Of a stretch of 64,000 nucleotides of DNA, positions 26,396 to 38,891 are shown one piece after another. The stretch spans positions 28,832,001-28,896,000 of the forward strand of contig NC_058368.1 of NCBI RefSeq assembly GCF_018350175.1, in the 5' to 3' direction. The translations under genes were made by a program, and so were the position numbers. The notes below the pieces were generated by a model. That model was not told where the DNA came from. It saw only the letters and a program-made list of their open reading frames with translations, and did no database searches. Within the stretch, counting starts at the first letter, position 1. Each line of letters starts with the position of its first letter. The stretch comes from Felis catus. Taxonomy: Eukaryota.

Positions 26396-27331
26396 AAGTT
26401 CAGAAGATTAGGGAGAGATACCACATGCATTTTCTGCCTACAATACATTTTATACCTACTTTTTGTCTTAAGGTAACAAATGATCCATTAATAGTAAAGA
26501 ATTGTATTCTGCTTATTTGTGTTCTGTGGTAATTTTGACATTGGCCACATAAATGTATAGATGTGTTATCTATGAAAAAACTTTCTAAGTTAAAAATGTA
26601 ATAACAATTTCAAAGCCTAATATTTGTATAAATTTTGTTGATAGCACCCATTGCTACATTACTGACTGATGATTTATTATAAATAAAATATCTACTCACT
26701 GTAACAGGGACTCAGGTATCTCTATTTGGCAATATTTGATACTGAATTTGTTATATAAAGTTGGAAGTAAAAACTCTCCATTTCTATTTAAAATATGTAA
26801 TATTAATGGATTTTTATTAATTAAATTTGACATTCTCACAAAGTTCAATGTGGGGAGTTTTTTCATTATACACAGCTTTGGGGCTATATTTGACATAAAA
26901 TTTAAAGCCATAAAATTGCTTTAAGAGAAACATATGTTTTAAAAGACCTAAAAATAGCAATCAAAAAAATATCCTGGACTTCTCTGATCTACGGGTGACC
27001 TACATAACATCTTTACTTTGTTTATTTTAGATTCCTTTTAATAGATTTGTGCTATTACCATCTAAATAATCAGTCACATTCAATTTAGTTTATAGATGCC
27101 ATTCCAACAAAATTAGTTATGGGCCACTCAAAACATAATCTTGATAAACAAAACCATCACCAAACATACATGAATAAAACCTACAACCCATGTATTTTTT
27201 AACTATTACCATCTTATGTTTTAATGATCAGATCCCATAAAATGAGGAAGCTGGACAATTTAATTCATGTCTTTAGTTAAAATCAGGATGTTGTCCTGAG
27301 TATGATTTAGGTAATTTAAAAGATTAATGGA

Positions 27332-27548
27332 GGGGCGCCTGGGTGGCGCAGTCGGTTAAGCGTCCGACTTCAGCCAGGTCACGATCTCGCGGTCCGTGAG
27401 TTCGAGCCCCGCGTCGGGCTCTGGGCTGATGGCTCGGAGCCTGGAGCCTGTTTCTGATTCTGTGTCTCCCTCTCTCTCTGCCCCTCCCCCATTCATGCTC
27501 TGTCTGTCTCTGTTCCAAAAATAAATAAACGTTGAAAAAAAAAATTTT
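27332..27548 (+). mobile_element. Young felid SINE (SINEC_Fc-type)
   Basis: Nearly identical to the 19224 copy; TSD aaagattaatgga. Confidence 0.93.
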
Positions 27549-28060
27549 AAAGATTAATGGATATAATTACTTTTACGGTACGTATTGCAAATAGAAGAGA
27601 CTACATGGCTCATATTTGTGAAGTACATCTGTTGACTTGTTTTTCCACAATGTCATGTTACTTTGATGTTCAAGAGGACACTTGATATGTCACCTTTTGC
27701 AGCTCTACTTCCTCTGTGGATAAAAGTACACTTCTATGTTAAGAATTATCTTAAGGCTTTGAAATACTTATTTTACCAGGTTTTTTTTTTCATTTGCTAA
27801 CTTTCATCTATGAAGATGATGGCACAGGTCATCATTAGCATGACCTATATGCTCTTGGTTATTTTTTTTAATAGTGATGCCCATTGTAAATATAGAGTTC
27901 CCAGGTTCTCTGTATAGTTCAAACTTTCTCTTTAGTGGGATCTTCCTCATGTATGCTCACCTTATTTCAGACTGGACCATTCTATGTCCTACTCACAAGT
28001 TTTGAACTTGCATCCATGCCTGTCTTTATTTTGTCATCGAAAATGCACTGTGTTTCTCAT

Positions 28061-28300
28061 GGGGCGCCTGGTGGCTCAGTCAGTTAAGTGTCTGACTTTG
28101 GCTCAGGTCATGATCTCACAGCTCATGAGTTCGAGCCCCACATCAGGCTCTGTGCTGACAGCTGAAGCCTGGAGCCTGCTTTGGATTCTGTGTCTCCCTC
28201 TCTCTCTGCCCCTCCCTTGCTCACACTCTGTCTCTCTGTCTTTTTCTCTCTCTCTCTCCCAAAAATAAATAAATATTTTAAAAATTTTTGATAAAATAAG
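28061..28300 (+). mobile_element. Can-SINE
   Basis: TSD aaaatgcactgtgtttctc (19 bp) on both sides. Confidence 0.92.
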
Positions 28301-29759
28301 TAAAATGCACTGTGTTTCTCTCCTAATCCTTCAGATTTGGCCCAGTTTTACTTCTACATGGAATCTTTTCTGATTTGTCATTCTGGGTGTAACCATCCCT
28401 TCCTTTGAAACTCCATAGTATGGACTAAATGTGTACCATTGTGAAAGAAAGAACGTGAGTTTCAGAGATCAAGTCCTATCTTTACCATTAACTTTTTGGT
28501 GGCCTTGAACTTCTTGAGTCCTATTTTCCTTACTTATCAAATTTAAATAATAATATTTCAATATTATTATTACAGATAATATTCAATAAGATTATTATGG
28601 ATGGTTGTGAAAATTAAAGGAGAGAATGTATGGAAAGGAGCGTTCACATGTCTGACATATTTTAGGCACTTAAATATGTAGGCAAGCTAATAAATATTAG
28701 TTTCTTGCTACATGCCCCACTTTTTTTTTATCTCACTCTGATTTGCATTATAGTTAATTTCTATATCTCATTTCCATCCACTCTACTTTCCCCAGTCAAG
28801 CCTCCCCATCTAAATAGGGAATTTTTTGAGGGCAGGAGTCTGGTTTATTCATTAGATATTAATTCATTTATCTAACTTGTATTTATTAGATTCTTAGCAC
28901 TGATGCCCTATAGATGATGATACTGATCTTGACCTAAAGGAGCTTGCTTGCTTGTCAGTGGGTGAGACTACAACATTTGCCATACAGTGTTGAATATAAG
29001 CTATGAAAAAGGCACTTGCAGGTTCTGTAGGAACCTTGAAGAGAGGTGCCCAACAGTCTGTGTACCTGTGTGTGATATGGGAAGGTGTCTGGAGAAGGTG
29101 GCACTCAAACTGAGTGTGAAGGGAGAAGTAGGAGTTTTCTAAGTGTAGAGCAGAGCATGGGACATCATGGTTATTAAAAACATACTATCTAAAAGCCAGG
29201 AGGTGAGAGAGGCAGCGTGGTATGGCATGGGTTGTATGTGCATAGATGCAAGAGTTGTTGCCAAGAGGAAGATACGGGCACAGCATAATTGAACATCTAA
29301 GACTTATCCTCAGGCTGAAGAAAACTGAATATGACAGTATAAATTTGGAAATTCACAAAGTCCCAGAGGGAAAATAGATGTATCGACAGAAAATAGAAGA
29401 ACCGAAAGCTTTTCTAAGTCTCACAGAAAAAATTATTTTTGAGCCATCAAGCCATCCTTAGCACTGATAAGAGCATTAGAGAATTGGAGGCACGTCACGT
29501 GTCAGCTGCTACGCAAAACCCTCTGAGATACTCCTGTCTCACCCTACCCATTATGAATTTGAAAAAGCTATTTTAGAAGCTGCTATTTTATCAGCAGTTG
29601 GACAGTAGTTCTCCCACTAAGAATGCCTTCTGCTGCCTCTTTTTCACTAAAGGATTTATGTCAGTCCCTCCAACCTTTCCATGTAGATCTTTAGGCTTGT
29701 AATAATTTTTTACTCTTTTCCGGATGATCTTCAAATCCACTTATATTTCCATATTATTT

Positions 29760-30000
29760 TGGTTTCTTTATTTAACAAATATGTACATAGCAGCTACTCT
29801 GTACTGAGCATTGCTGTAACCTCTTTTCAGATTGTAACTCATTTCTGCCCACTGCAACTCTGCAAGATCAGTACTATTCCCATCTCTGTTTTGCCAGTGA
29901 GGACACCGAGGCACAGAGAAGTTAAATAACTTGGCTGAGGTTACAGAGCGGGCTTCTTACAATCTGGGGTCAGCCATGTGTTCTAATCACTGCACCGTGT
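29760..30000. mobile_element. MIR fossil
   Basis: ccatctctgttttgccagtgaggacaccgaggcacagagaagttaaataacttggctgaggttacagag. Confidence 0.75.
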
Positions 30001-31624
30001 TGCTTCTTGACTTTGTTGTGCTAATCAAATAGTATTTTAGTGATGATAGTGTTTTAGTAAATTCCTTACTAAAGTACCAGCCATGTGGAAAACTGTCATA
30101 CAAGTCTTACTTTCTAGCCTTACTTTCTTACTTTCTAATCCATGTATAGACTAGCTTCATTTTTTTAATTCTACCATCCTATTTCTAATCCTTGCTCAAC
30201 TTGACCCCAAGTTCTTTCCTTTGGCCAGTTTTCCATATTTTTCCATTTTTTCAATAGTAATCTCTTAATGAAATTTCTTTTTCTGTTTTCTTGACCACTT
30301 TTCCAGATTATTAAACTGACTTTGCCTCCTCATCACACCTCCCCTGGGGTATATCAACCATCACCCAGGTAATTCATAAAAACATTAACCAAATTAATTC
30401 TCGTGGCCTTTTACGTGATGTCCCTCCTGGGCCGACACTGCTTCTGACCTCTCGTGCTCTCGCCGCAGGTTGAGGGTTAGAGAGGTGGCTGAGCCAAAGC
30501 TGCACACACACCCCTGAAACTAGGAGAATCAGCGACCAGCATGCTCTAGGCTACTTTGAAAGAGAAGACTGGAAAGAAGGAGGAGCTTTCATTTCTACTT
30601 CCTAAGTCCCAAGCTAAATAAGCTTGAGAACCACCAGTGCCTTGTGCATTTTTTCTTAGTTCTGTTCCATCCCATGCCATTAGAGAAGAGCTACATTCCT
30701 TTCAAGTGTTACGTACTTTTTTTAGATTGAGAAAAACTTTAAAAATCCAAAAAATGTAAATAGAACTATGTAACACCTACCCAAACTTACCCCTGAGATT
30801 TAACAACTGTTAATATTTTTCTCAAATTTGATTCTACTCTTCCTTTTACAGAAATAAAACACTGTGATTAGAGCTAAAGTCCCCTTCAGCCACCACCCCA
30901 ATCCTATCTCCCCTTCTTCAAGTCAATCACTAATGTTAGTTTAGTCTATAACCTTCCAACCCTTTGTGGGTGTTTTTCTTTTAACTTGTAAAAGACATTT
31001 TTGTTAAGAGAATTATTATCTCACACTGACTTCCATTATAGAATTAGTGATACTCTGATGGGAGAGAGATCAAAAAAAGTTTCAGTCCTTAACTGTAATA
31101 AAAATCAACTCAAACTTACAGTTGTTTCAATATCAGATTCTCTGAACATGCTTACCGTCACATCCCAACCACTTAATCTGCTCTTCTCTCTTTGGGCCTC
31201 TCCAGCTAGCATCAGTGGCTGGTTTCTCACAGCACCCTGAGAAGCAGGAAGAGTGAAGAAGTATCTTGAGCTGGTGCCTTATACTTCTCACCAGTCTTTT
31301 TACTTATTAAAATCTAAAATGCTTCATAAAGCGCGGTTCCTTATAAGGAAGGCAGGTATTGCTGTGGCCAGACACTCCAGATGACGCCAACAGTGACAAC
31401 ATGAGCAGACGGGGCTGGCATGACATGTTTAGATTAAGTAAGCCGATTTGTGTCTCACTGGGATCGCTCAGTTCACAGCTCCATTAAGTAATTTCTATTA
31501 ACTGAGATGTAGCTATAATATTTCATACAGGAAGAACGAAGAACATCGCTAGAAAAATCTAAGAATTGTTGTTTGCATTTTTACATCATTCATGCCTTCA
31601 GGCCGTCAACAAATATCTAGGCTA

Positions 31625-32050
31625 GGTATTCTAGAACCAGAGCCAGAGGTGGAAATGTTTGTGTAAGTAATTTTAGAGGAAGAGCTTTGAGGTAAAACCT
31701 GCAGGGAGGCCAAGGAGTTAGGATACAGCTGTGGAAAAGAGAGGTTTTAGGCCATCTGGCCTCAGCCAGAGAGCTCTGGAGCATGAATGGCACTGCTCAG
31801 CTATCCCATTTGGAAGCAAGATGGGCCAGCCTTTTTTGCCCCCGTATCAGTAAGTCATTGGTTACAGGCTGTCCCCTAGGGGAGGTTAAGGGGGACCCTG
31901 TAACTCCCAGGCATTTCTGGGCAGAGTAGCTCCCCAGTGGTGGAGGGCAGTTCTTTGGAGAAGGGTGCAGCTATGAGTTGTCAGAAGTCATGCTGCAGTA
32001 GCCGGGGGCCAGGTGTATTTGGTGGTAAAGGAGATCTGTCAGGGTGCCAA
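31625..32050. mobile_element. MaLR (MLT1-type) LTR fossil
   Basis: gagagctctggagcatgaatggcac...cttttttgcccccgtatcagtaagtcattggttacaggctgtcccc...gagaagggtgcagctatgagttgtcagaagtca. Confidence 0.65.
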
Positions 32051-34488
32051 TGGCATATACCGTAAGGAACCTTTACTGAGGGACAGCACAGTCCATAGCA
32101 CTGTTCTAGGACTTGAGAAATACAGCATTGAACAAGACAGCTGAGGTCATTTCTGTCATGAAGCTTTCTAGTGGTAATGAGGAAATATGCAGTAAATAAC
32201 ACAATAAACAGGGAAGTATCAATGCTGTGAAGGAAATTATGTGAAAATGTTTTAAAGGCTGATGTGATAAGGAGTGAATGGGTAAGCTTGGCAGCAATGA
32301 CCATCTTCATAATTGTGGTGGAATTTGCAATAAGACATTCCAGCATTTCAGTAGCTTTGTCTGTTCTAGAGATTCAGTGGATGAATTGACCCAGTGTAAG
32401 ATGAATCCATAAAAGATTGCAGATGACCGTGAGCTGTGAGAACATGGGCTAGTGATAGGTTGGAATAACACTCCAGCCAACAGCCTGAGGTCCCAGGCCT
32501 AGCTAGGGTCTGACCCAGGGTGATAGGATTAGAGGAAATAGGGTACCAGGGATACTGATACCAAGGGGAGTATTGGTGTGATAATCAGAAAATGGAGAGA
32601 ACAGAGGCAGAAGTATATGCAACTTGTTATAAATACCCAACTATCAGATTTATAACCTCTATGGGCAATACCAGTGAGTCATGTGCCTTATCCCCTGATT
32701 AGAATAGGAAGTCAGGAACTGAGCAGGGCTGAGCCTATAGCCAAGTGAAACTGAATAAAGCAAGGGACAGGACTACAAGCTTTGCACTCCGTACCAACAA
32801 AGGTGTCTTCTGTATTATATACACACACGCATTCTGAATGTGAGGGTTTTGTTTTATTTTTAACCAACCTTCAGGGGCAGTTGCATATAATTGGATATCA
32901 TTTTCCACCGAGGACTTCAGTTCTGCTGCTGCATCACTGGAACTAGTAGCACTTTTTACCGGTTTCTGCTCATAACTGGTTAAATGGCAATAATGCTACA
33001 GTCCAGGCTATGAGTATGTTTTCAGATACAGTGTTTAGGAATGCCTTGTGTCAAAAGTCAGAAACCATTTATTATACAACTGGGCTAAAATAAAATGGAA
33101 GCCTCACATTTTTGAAGGAAAGCATGAGTTTGGGTAACTTCTTTGAGCCCAAAGTTTATCAGAGAGTTATTATAAGGATTAAATGATATATGTCACATGT
33201 AACTAGGACAGTGCCTGGTATGTGGTAAGGAGCCAGTTAAAATTAAACCTCCTGTCTATAAGTCTGTATCATCTTCTATCCATATATAGGTGAGAGCCAC
33301 ATCTTCTGCCCCTTCTTCTATTCTTAGCTTTAGATCTGCATTTTTCTTTTACAAATATCCACATAAGTATCTCTGGGGCATTTCAAATCCAAAATATCCA
33401 TCTCTTCTTACCAACTCTTCTTTTTCAGTGTTCTCCAGCCCCCTTTCTAGACCTGGTTCATGGCAGGTGTCAGTAATGCAGTGTTAATTATGGAATTGGT
33501 GAAGGAAAGAATAGATGTTTCCTCTCTGTGCTTACAGAGCCCTGTATCCAGTCATCTGGCCTGTAAGCCCTGTACCTTTTGTCTTTCCCTACTCTTCACC
33601 TTGACAGTCATTCATTATGAAATCATGTCTTCATTTTTTAAGGTCTCCTAAATATCTTCCTCTTTTCCTTTCCCACAGCCACAGGCCATGCCTGGACTAT
33701 TACATTCGTTTATTTTCCTGCACTCCAGAGTTGTAAACAAGTCCTTTCAATTCCATCCTTCTAATAGATATAGTATCTCCTTCCCTCCTTCTCTGGGCCA
33801 TAATTCCATTCCTCTTCTCTTGCCTAGATTATTGTGGCAGTCTCCTGGCTAAGAACTCAGCCTCCAGTCTATCTTTCTTATGTTTCCCGTTGTTCCAGCC
33901 AATGAAGTTGATAACTTATTGTCCTGCTCAGAACCCTCTAATGACTCCCATTGCCAACAGCATCCAGTCTGTACTCCTTAGTTTGAGCCTCATCTGCTTC
34001 ACTGGACTTACTTCCAGCCTTTTTCTCCCACATACTTATGCTTAAGCCAAATGAACTGCTTATGATTCCTGAGTATCACGTGCAGCTCTTTATAGCCTGG
34101 AGTGCCTTTCTCATCAACTCTGCCTGGGAAAGTCTTAGTTAACCTACTTTTAACTAAGCTAGCCCTCGCATAATGGACAGTGGTTTTAAAGACTCTTGAA
34201 AAAGAACTCCAGTTTGAAAATAGTATTAACAATATAAGCATAAATGAAATGAAACCGCCAGAAAATTATGTAAGTAAAACCATCAGATGGTGCATCTGAT
34301 TTGATTGAAAAGAGAAAAGACTCTGGAGTAAGGTTACAGAGGACACCACACATGAATAATATTCTCTTCATAATGATTCAAAACAAAACATTGCTGCAGA
34401 GAAGTTGAAAGTGGACTTACACGAAGTCCTACAGGATGGCACCAGCTTCATACCATATTTAAAACCAAGACTTTTAAAATAAAACCAT

Positions 34489-34695
34489 GGGGCACTCTGG
34501 TGGCTCATTCAGTTAAGCATCCACTCTTGGTTTCAGCTCAGATCATGATCTTGAGGTTTGTGAGTTTAAGCCCCATGTCAGACTCCGTGCTGACTGTGCA
34601 GAGCCTGCTTGAGATTCTCTTTCTCCCTCGCTCTGTGTCCCTTCCCCACTCGCTCTGTTTCTCTCTCAAAAATAAATAAGCTTAAATTAAAAAAA
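34489..34695 (+). mobile_element. Can-SINE inserted in the Charlie fossil
   Basis: ggggcactctggtggctcattcagttaagcatcc...aaaaataaataag. Confidence 0.9.
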
Positions 34696-35085
34696 TGTAA
34701 ACTAAAGCCAGAATTATTTCAATATCTTGTTATGAGATAGGAACTAACAATGAAAATCTTTTATACTACAGTCTCACTTAAAATTTTATTGTAAAGTATT
34801 TCAAAGATCTGCCAAACCTACACATTCATCTTTTACAAAGTCAAGAGGTCAGTTTGTTGATGTGTGTTAAACGACTGTCAGAGAGATGCCCCATAAACAA
34901 ATATTTTAAAAATGAAAAAAAAAAAAACCATTTAATTTGGTCCTTCAAGGTAAAGGTCATGCTCTAACAGTAAAGTAGAAAATAATTACTTTAAAAAATC
35001 TCTGGAGAGAGCATTTTAAAATCAGATGTTTATAAGTGTTTCAGTTGCTAGGCTTTTTTGTTGCTGAAAATAATACATATCACCC

Positions 35086-35977
35086 TGTGATATTGTGATA
35101 TAATAAGAAAAATATATTTCATCTTCATTCTCATTTCTGCCACAAGAGCTTCTAAAACCCCTGTAATTTCCTGAGAAATAAGGGTATCTTTCTGTTATGA
35201 CACTGATCTTTCCCAGTTCTAAAACCCTTGTAATCTCTGGAGTGAGAAGACTCTTTTTGTATGCAAATAAGGTAACTCTTGGGGCCCTGGATAGCTTCAG
35301 ACTGCCCCCCCCCATTTCCTCAGGAAACCATGTGATTGGAGGGTTGGAACTTCCAGCCCTGCTCCCTAGCTCTGGGGAGAGGAAAGGAGGGGTACTGAAG
35401 ATTAAATTAATCGCCAATGGCCCATGATTTAATCAATTGTGTCCACTTAATGGAACCTCTGTAAAAATCCCAAACAGTGGGGTTTGCAGGGCTTCTGGGT
35501 TAGCGAATACGCTGAAGTACTGGGAGGGTGCTGTGACCAGAGAGGACATTGGTCCGCTCAGTGCACAGCCCCTCTCGCCCCATTACTTGCCTTCTGTATC
35601 TCTTCCTTTTGGCTGTTCCTAAGTTGTAGCCTTTGTAATAAATCAGGAGTAGTACGTAAAGTGCCTTCCTGCATTCTGTGAGCTGTTCTAGCAAATTATG
35701 GATCCCGAGGAGGGGATCGTGGACACCCCTGACTCAGAGCCAGTCTGTCAAAAGTAGGGGAGGCCTGAGACTTGGAATTGGTGAGTGAAGTGGGGACAGT
35801 CTTGTGAAACAGAGCCCTTACCCACTGGGATCTGTGCTAGCTCCGCCGTGTAGTTAGTGTCAGAATTGAATTACCTTGTAGACAGCCAGCTGGTGTATGC
35901 AGAAACTTAAGAGATTGTCGGGTCTGGAAAACCCACGTTCGGTGTCAGAGTGCTGAAATGTAGAAATAGATCATACA
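35086..35977 (+). mobile_element. MER21-like solo LTR
   Basis: Begins TGTGATATTGTGATATAATAAGAAAAATATATTT; duplicated ttctaaaacccctgtaat; aataaa at about 35637; ctgtgagctgttctagcaaatta; ends near ..CA. Confidence 0.78.
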
Positions 35978-36397
35978 GTCCTAAAAGGTCTCTTCTACGC
36001 GCTAAAACAATTTGAAATACAATTTCCTCAAATGATTAAAAGCCTTATAAATGAAGATTTTCAATGATGTTTGAACCCATTGGTTCAAAATATAAAATGT
36101 GGCACTGATTTGTTTGCCAAACCACTGGTAGACTTCAGGAAGGATGGAAATTCCCAAGCCTAATAGTACTAAAATCCTTTGTATGTTTGATAAATGAGTG
36201 AAAAGTGTATGTCGTGCTATAGGGGTGCAGTGAATGCTGCATTTCTATTTGGATCTGTAGATCTTTGTGAGCTCATTTTCAGCTATAATAACCATTAAAA
36301 CAGGCATTGAAATAAACTGAACTTAGGATTAGACCTTTTAATCACACATATAATAATAATAAAGTATATCAACCACTTTGTTCTCCCAAAAATGTCC

Positions 36398-36654
36398 TTT
36401 ATTTTATTTTATTTTATTTTATTTTATTTTATTTTATTTTATTTTATTTTTCAACGTTTATTCATTTTTGAGAGACAGAGACAGAGCATGAGTGGGGAAG
36501 GGGCAGAGAGAGAGGGAGACACAGAATCCGAAGCAGGCTCCAGGCTCTGAGCTGTCAGCACAGAGCCCGACGTGGGGTTCAAACTCACGAACTGTGAGAT
36601 CGTGACCTAAGCCGAAGTCAGACGCTCAACCGACTGAGCCACCCAGGCGCCCCC
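36398..36654 (-). mobile_element. Can-SINE with (TTTTA)n tail
   Basis: Typical body; TSD-like caaaaaYRtccttt. Confidence 0.92.
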
Positions 36655-38025
36655 AAAAACATCCTTTAATTTTTAATAAGAATGAAAGTTGTTTGTATTA
36701 TCAACAAATAAAGTCCAAGAGCATTTTTTAGATACTGTTTTCCATAGTTGGCTCAGTTTTTGTTACTGTTTTCATATATTTTACAGTGTATCTTCTCAGA
36801 AAAAACTTTGATTGATAGTATATTTAGAGCTACTGACCTAGAACAGTCTCCGCTATTGTACATGTCATTCTTTATCACAATTACGTGTTCCCACTTCTGT
36901 CTCCCTGGCTGATCAGTGAGCTCTCCCTGAGGGCAAGGATGGGTCTTTGAACTGCCTCCTTCCAGCACAAGTCTGGAACATGGTGGGTGTTTGATAAACA
37001 TTTGTTAAACAAATGAATAAATGCAATCTCTCTTCCTTCCCACCCATCTGCTTAGAGAGTCCTCTCTCGGAAATGAACAGGTGATTGGCTCTTCATTTCC
37101 ATGAAATGAAAATCAGCCTCTTGAGCATGATATTTAAGAAAACTGTGCACTCTGGCTCACCTCACCTGGCCAGCTCGACTGCCTTCTGTGCAACTATATT
37201 CTAGACATACTCTTGTTCCCTCAAATTTCTCTTGTATCTTGACCTTCTACATGTTTGTCTGTTTCTCTGTCTGGAAGCATTTTCTACCCATACCTATCAG
37301 TTAAAATCATATTGAATCATCAACACTCTGTTCTCTTTACTCAGAATTAATTGCCTTCTCCTCTGTGTTCTCACTGAACTTTGATTTAATTTCTGTTATT
37401 GCCCTTATCACCCTCTGACATGGATTATATTTGTTTTACATCTATCTTTCTGTCATGTGTGCTTCCTGAGAACAGAATCTCTGATCTTTTATAATCGTCA
37501 TACCTAAAAGTCTGCCTTATACATTGGAAATATGTAATACTTGTTTAACACACTCTTGCCTCATTCATTCTTTGAGTGAACATTGATTGCATGCCTAGAA
37601 GGTATGAGGTGTGGTGACAGGCACTAGATATATAGGTGATATCCCCTTGTGTATAGATGGTATGCCTTGTCCTCACAGTGAAGGACAGTCATAGGAACAA
37701 CTAAAAAGTTTCTTAAGTATAAAGTCCTTTCGAGCAGTTAGTTCAAGTGGAAGGATAGAAGTGAGAAACAAGTTATCATTCATTTATTTGAATTTGGATT
37801 CAAGAAATATGATAGATACCAGAAGAGCAAAAGTGGCCAGGGGCAGAACTTTCTCTGCAGTGTCCGCTGTCTTCAGCTCAACCCTGTTTCCTGCGGGTGT
37901 TGGCTCAGCTCCTTGTTGCTGTCTTCCTACTGGTGACTGAAACATTTTGGTATTGAAACACCTAGGTATGTTATGGAATAGCTTTCAAAATCCCCAGCAA
38001 ATATTAAGATAAAACATAAGATCGC

Positions 38026-38083
38026 AAAAAAAAAAAAAAAAGAAGAAGAAGAAGAAGAAGAGGAGGAGGAGGAGGAGGAGGAG
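38026..38083. repeat. Poly-A / (GAA)n / (GGA)n polypurine compound repeat
   Basis: Read directly from the sequence. Confidence 0.9.
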
Positions 38084-38686
38084 CTTAGAGCTCTGCTCCA
38101 GTCCCCTGACCTCTAAGTCCTTGGAGGTGTTTGTTCCTTCTCTGCCATTAAAATGATACTGGAAAATGGCTGTGACTGAAATGAATGAACTCTTTAACTT
38201 TTGCTTCTGAATGTTATATATCTTATTTTTCTTATGATTCAGTAGCGTCTTCCTTTAAGAAAATCTATCATAAAAACTTCATAAAATAGGTACATTACAG
38301 AAAACTTAAACATGGATTTCCTTGAAGAGTTCTCCAAATATAATGCTTATTTACATATTATTTTCTATTTGACTTGAGTAGTTGAAGTGTGATAAATTTA
38401 ACACTGAGCATTGTGAGTTTTTTCAAGTTGATGAACAGTCAGAAATGAGGATAAAAATAATTCATGATTATAATATACCAAATAATATTATGATATATGT
38501 AAAATGCAACTTACATAGTGAGTTTTAGGCAATAAGTATTACACAGAAAATGTATTTAGGGTTGTTAACCATGAGAGACGTGCTAAGCCGGTCTCACGGA
38601 GAGCTGGTGGACTTAAGTCTTCTGATGGATTTCCTTAGCAGCAGGCTATTTCTCATTTGTCTTAGTGATCAAAAATAGGTATTTCA

Positions 38687-38843
38687 GGGGTGCCTGGGTG
38701 GGTCAGTTGGTGAGGTGTCCGATTCTTGATTTCAGCTCAGGTCATGATCTCAGGGTCCTGAGATCCAGCCCCACGTCGGGTTTCACACTGAGTGTGGAGC
38801 CTGCTTAAGATTCTCCTTCTCTCCCTCTGCCCCTCCTGCGCAT

Positions 38844-38887
<44 letters not shown>
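38687..38887 (+). mobile_element. Can-SINE lacking its A-tail
   Basis: Head and body present; ends at a long (CT)n with no AATAAA or poly-A. Confidence 0.88.

Positions 38888-38891
<4 letters not shown>

Larger units (their letters stand above)
34255..36720 (+). mobile_element. Fragmented hAT-Charlie transposase fossil interrupted by two SINEs and an LTR
   Basis: Frameshifted translations give SDGA at about 34283, AAEKLKVDLHEVLQD at about 34393, LQGKG and LWREHF at about 34943-35018, LNP at about 36070, and FGSVDLCE/SFSAIITIKT/H*NKLNLGLDL at about 36250-36340 (hAT dimerisation-domain-like). Confidence 0.75.

Noticed and set aside
35022..35694. Overlapping ORFs on both strands
   Set aside because: Within the MER21-like LTR; no gag, pol or env motifs.
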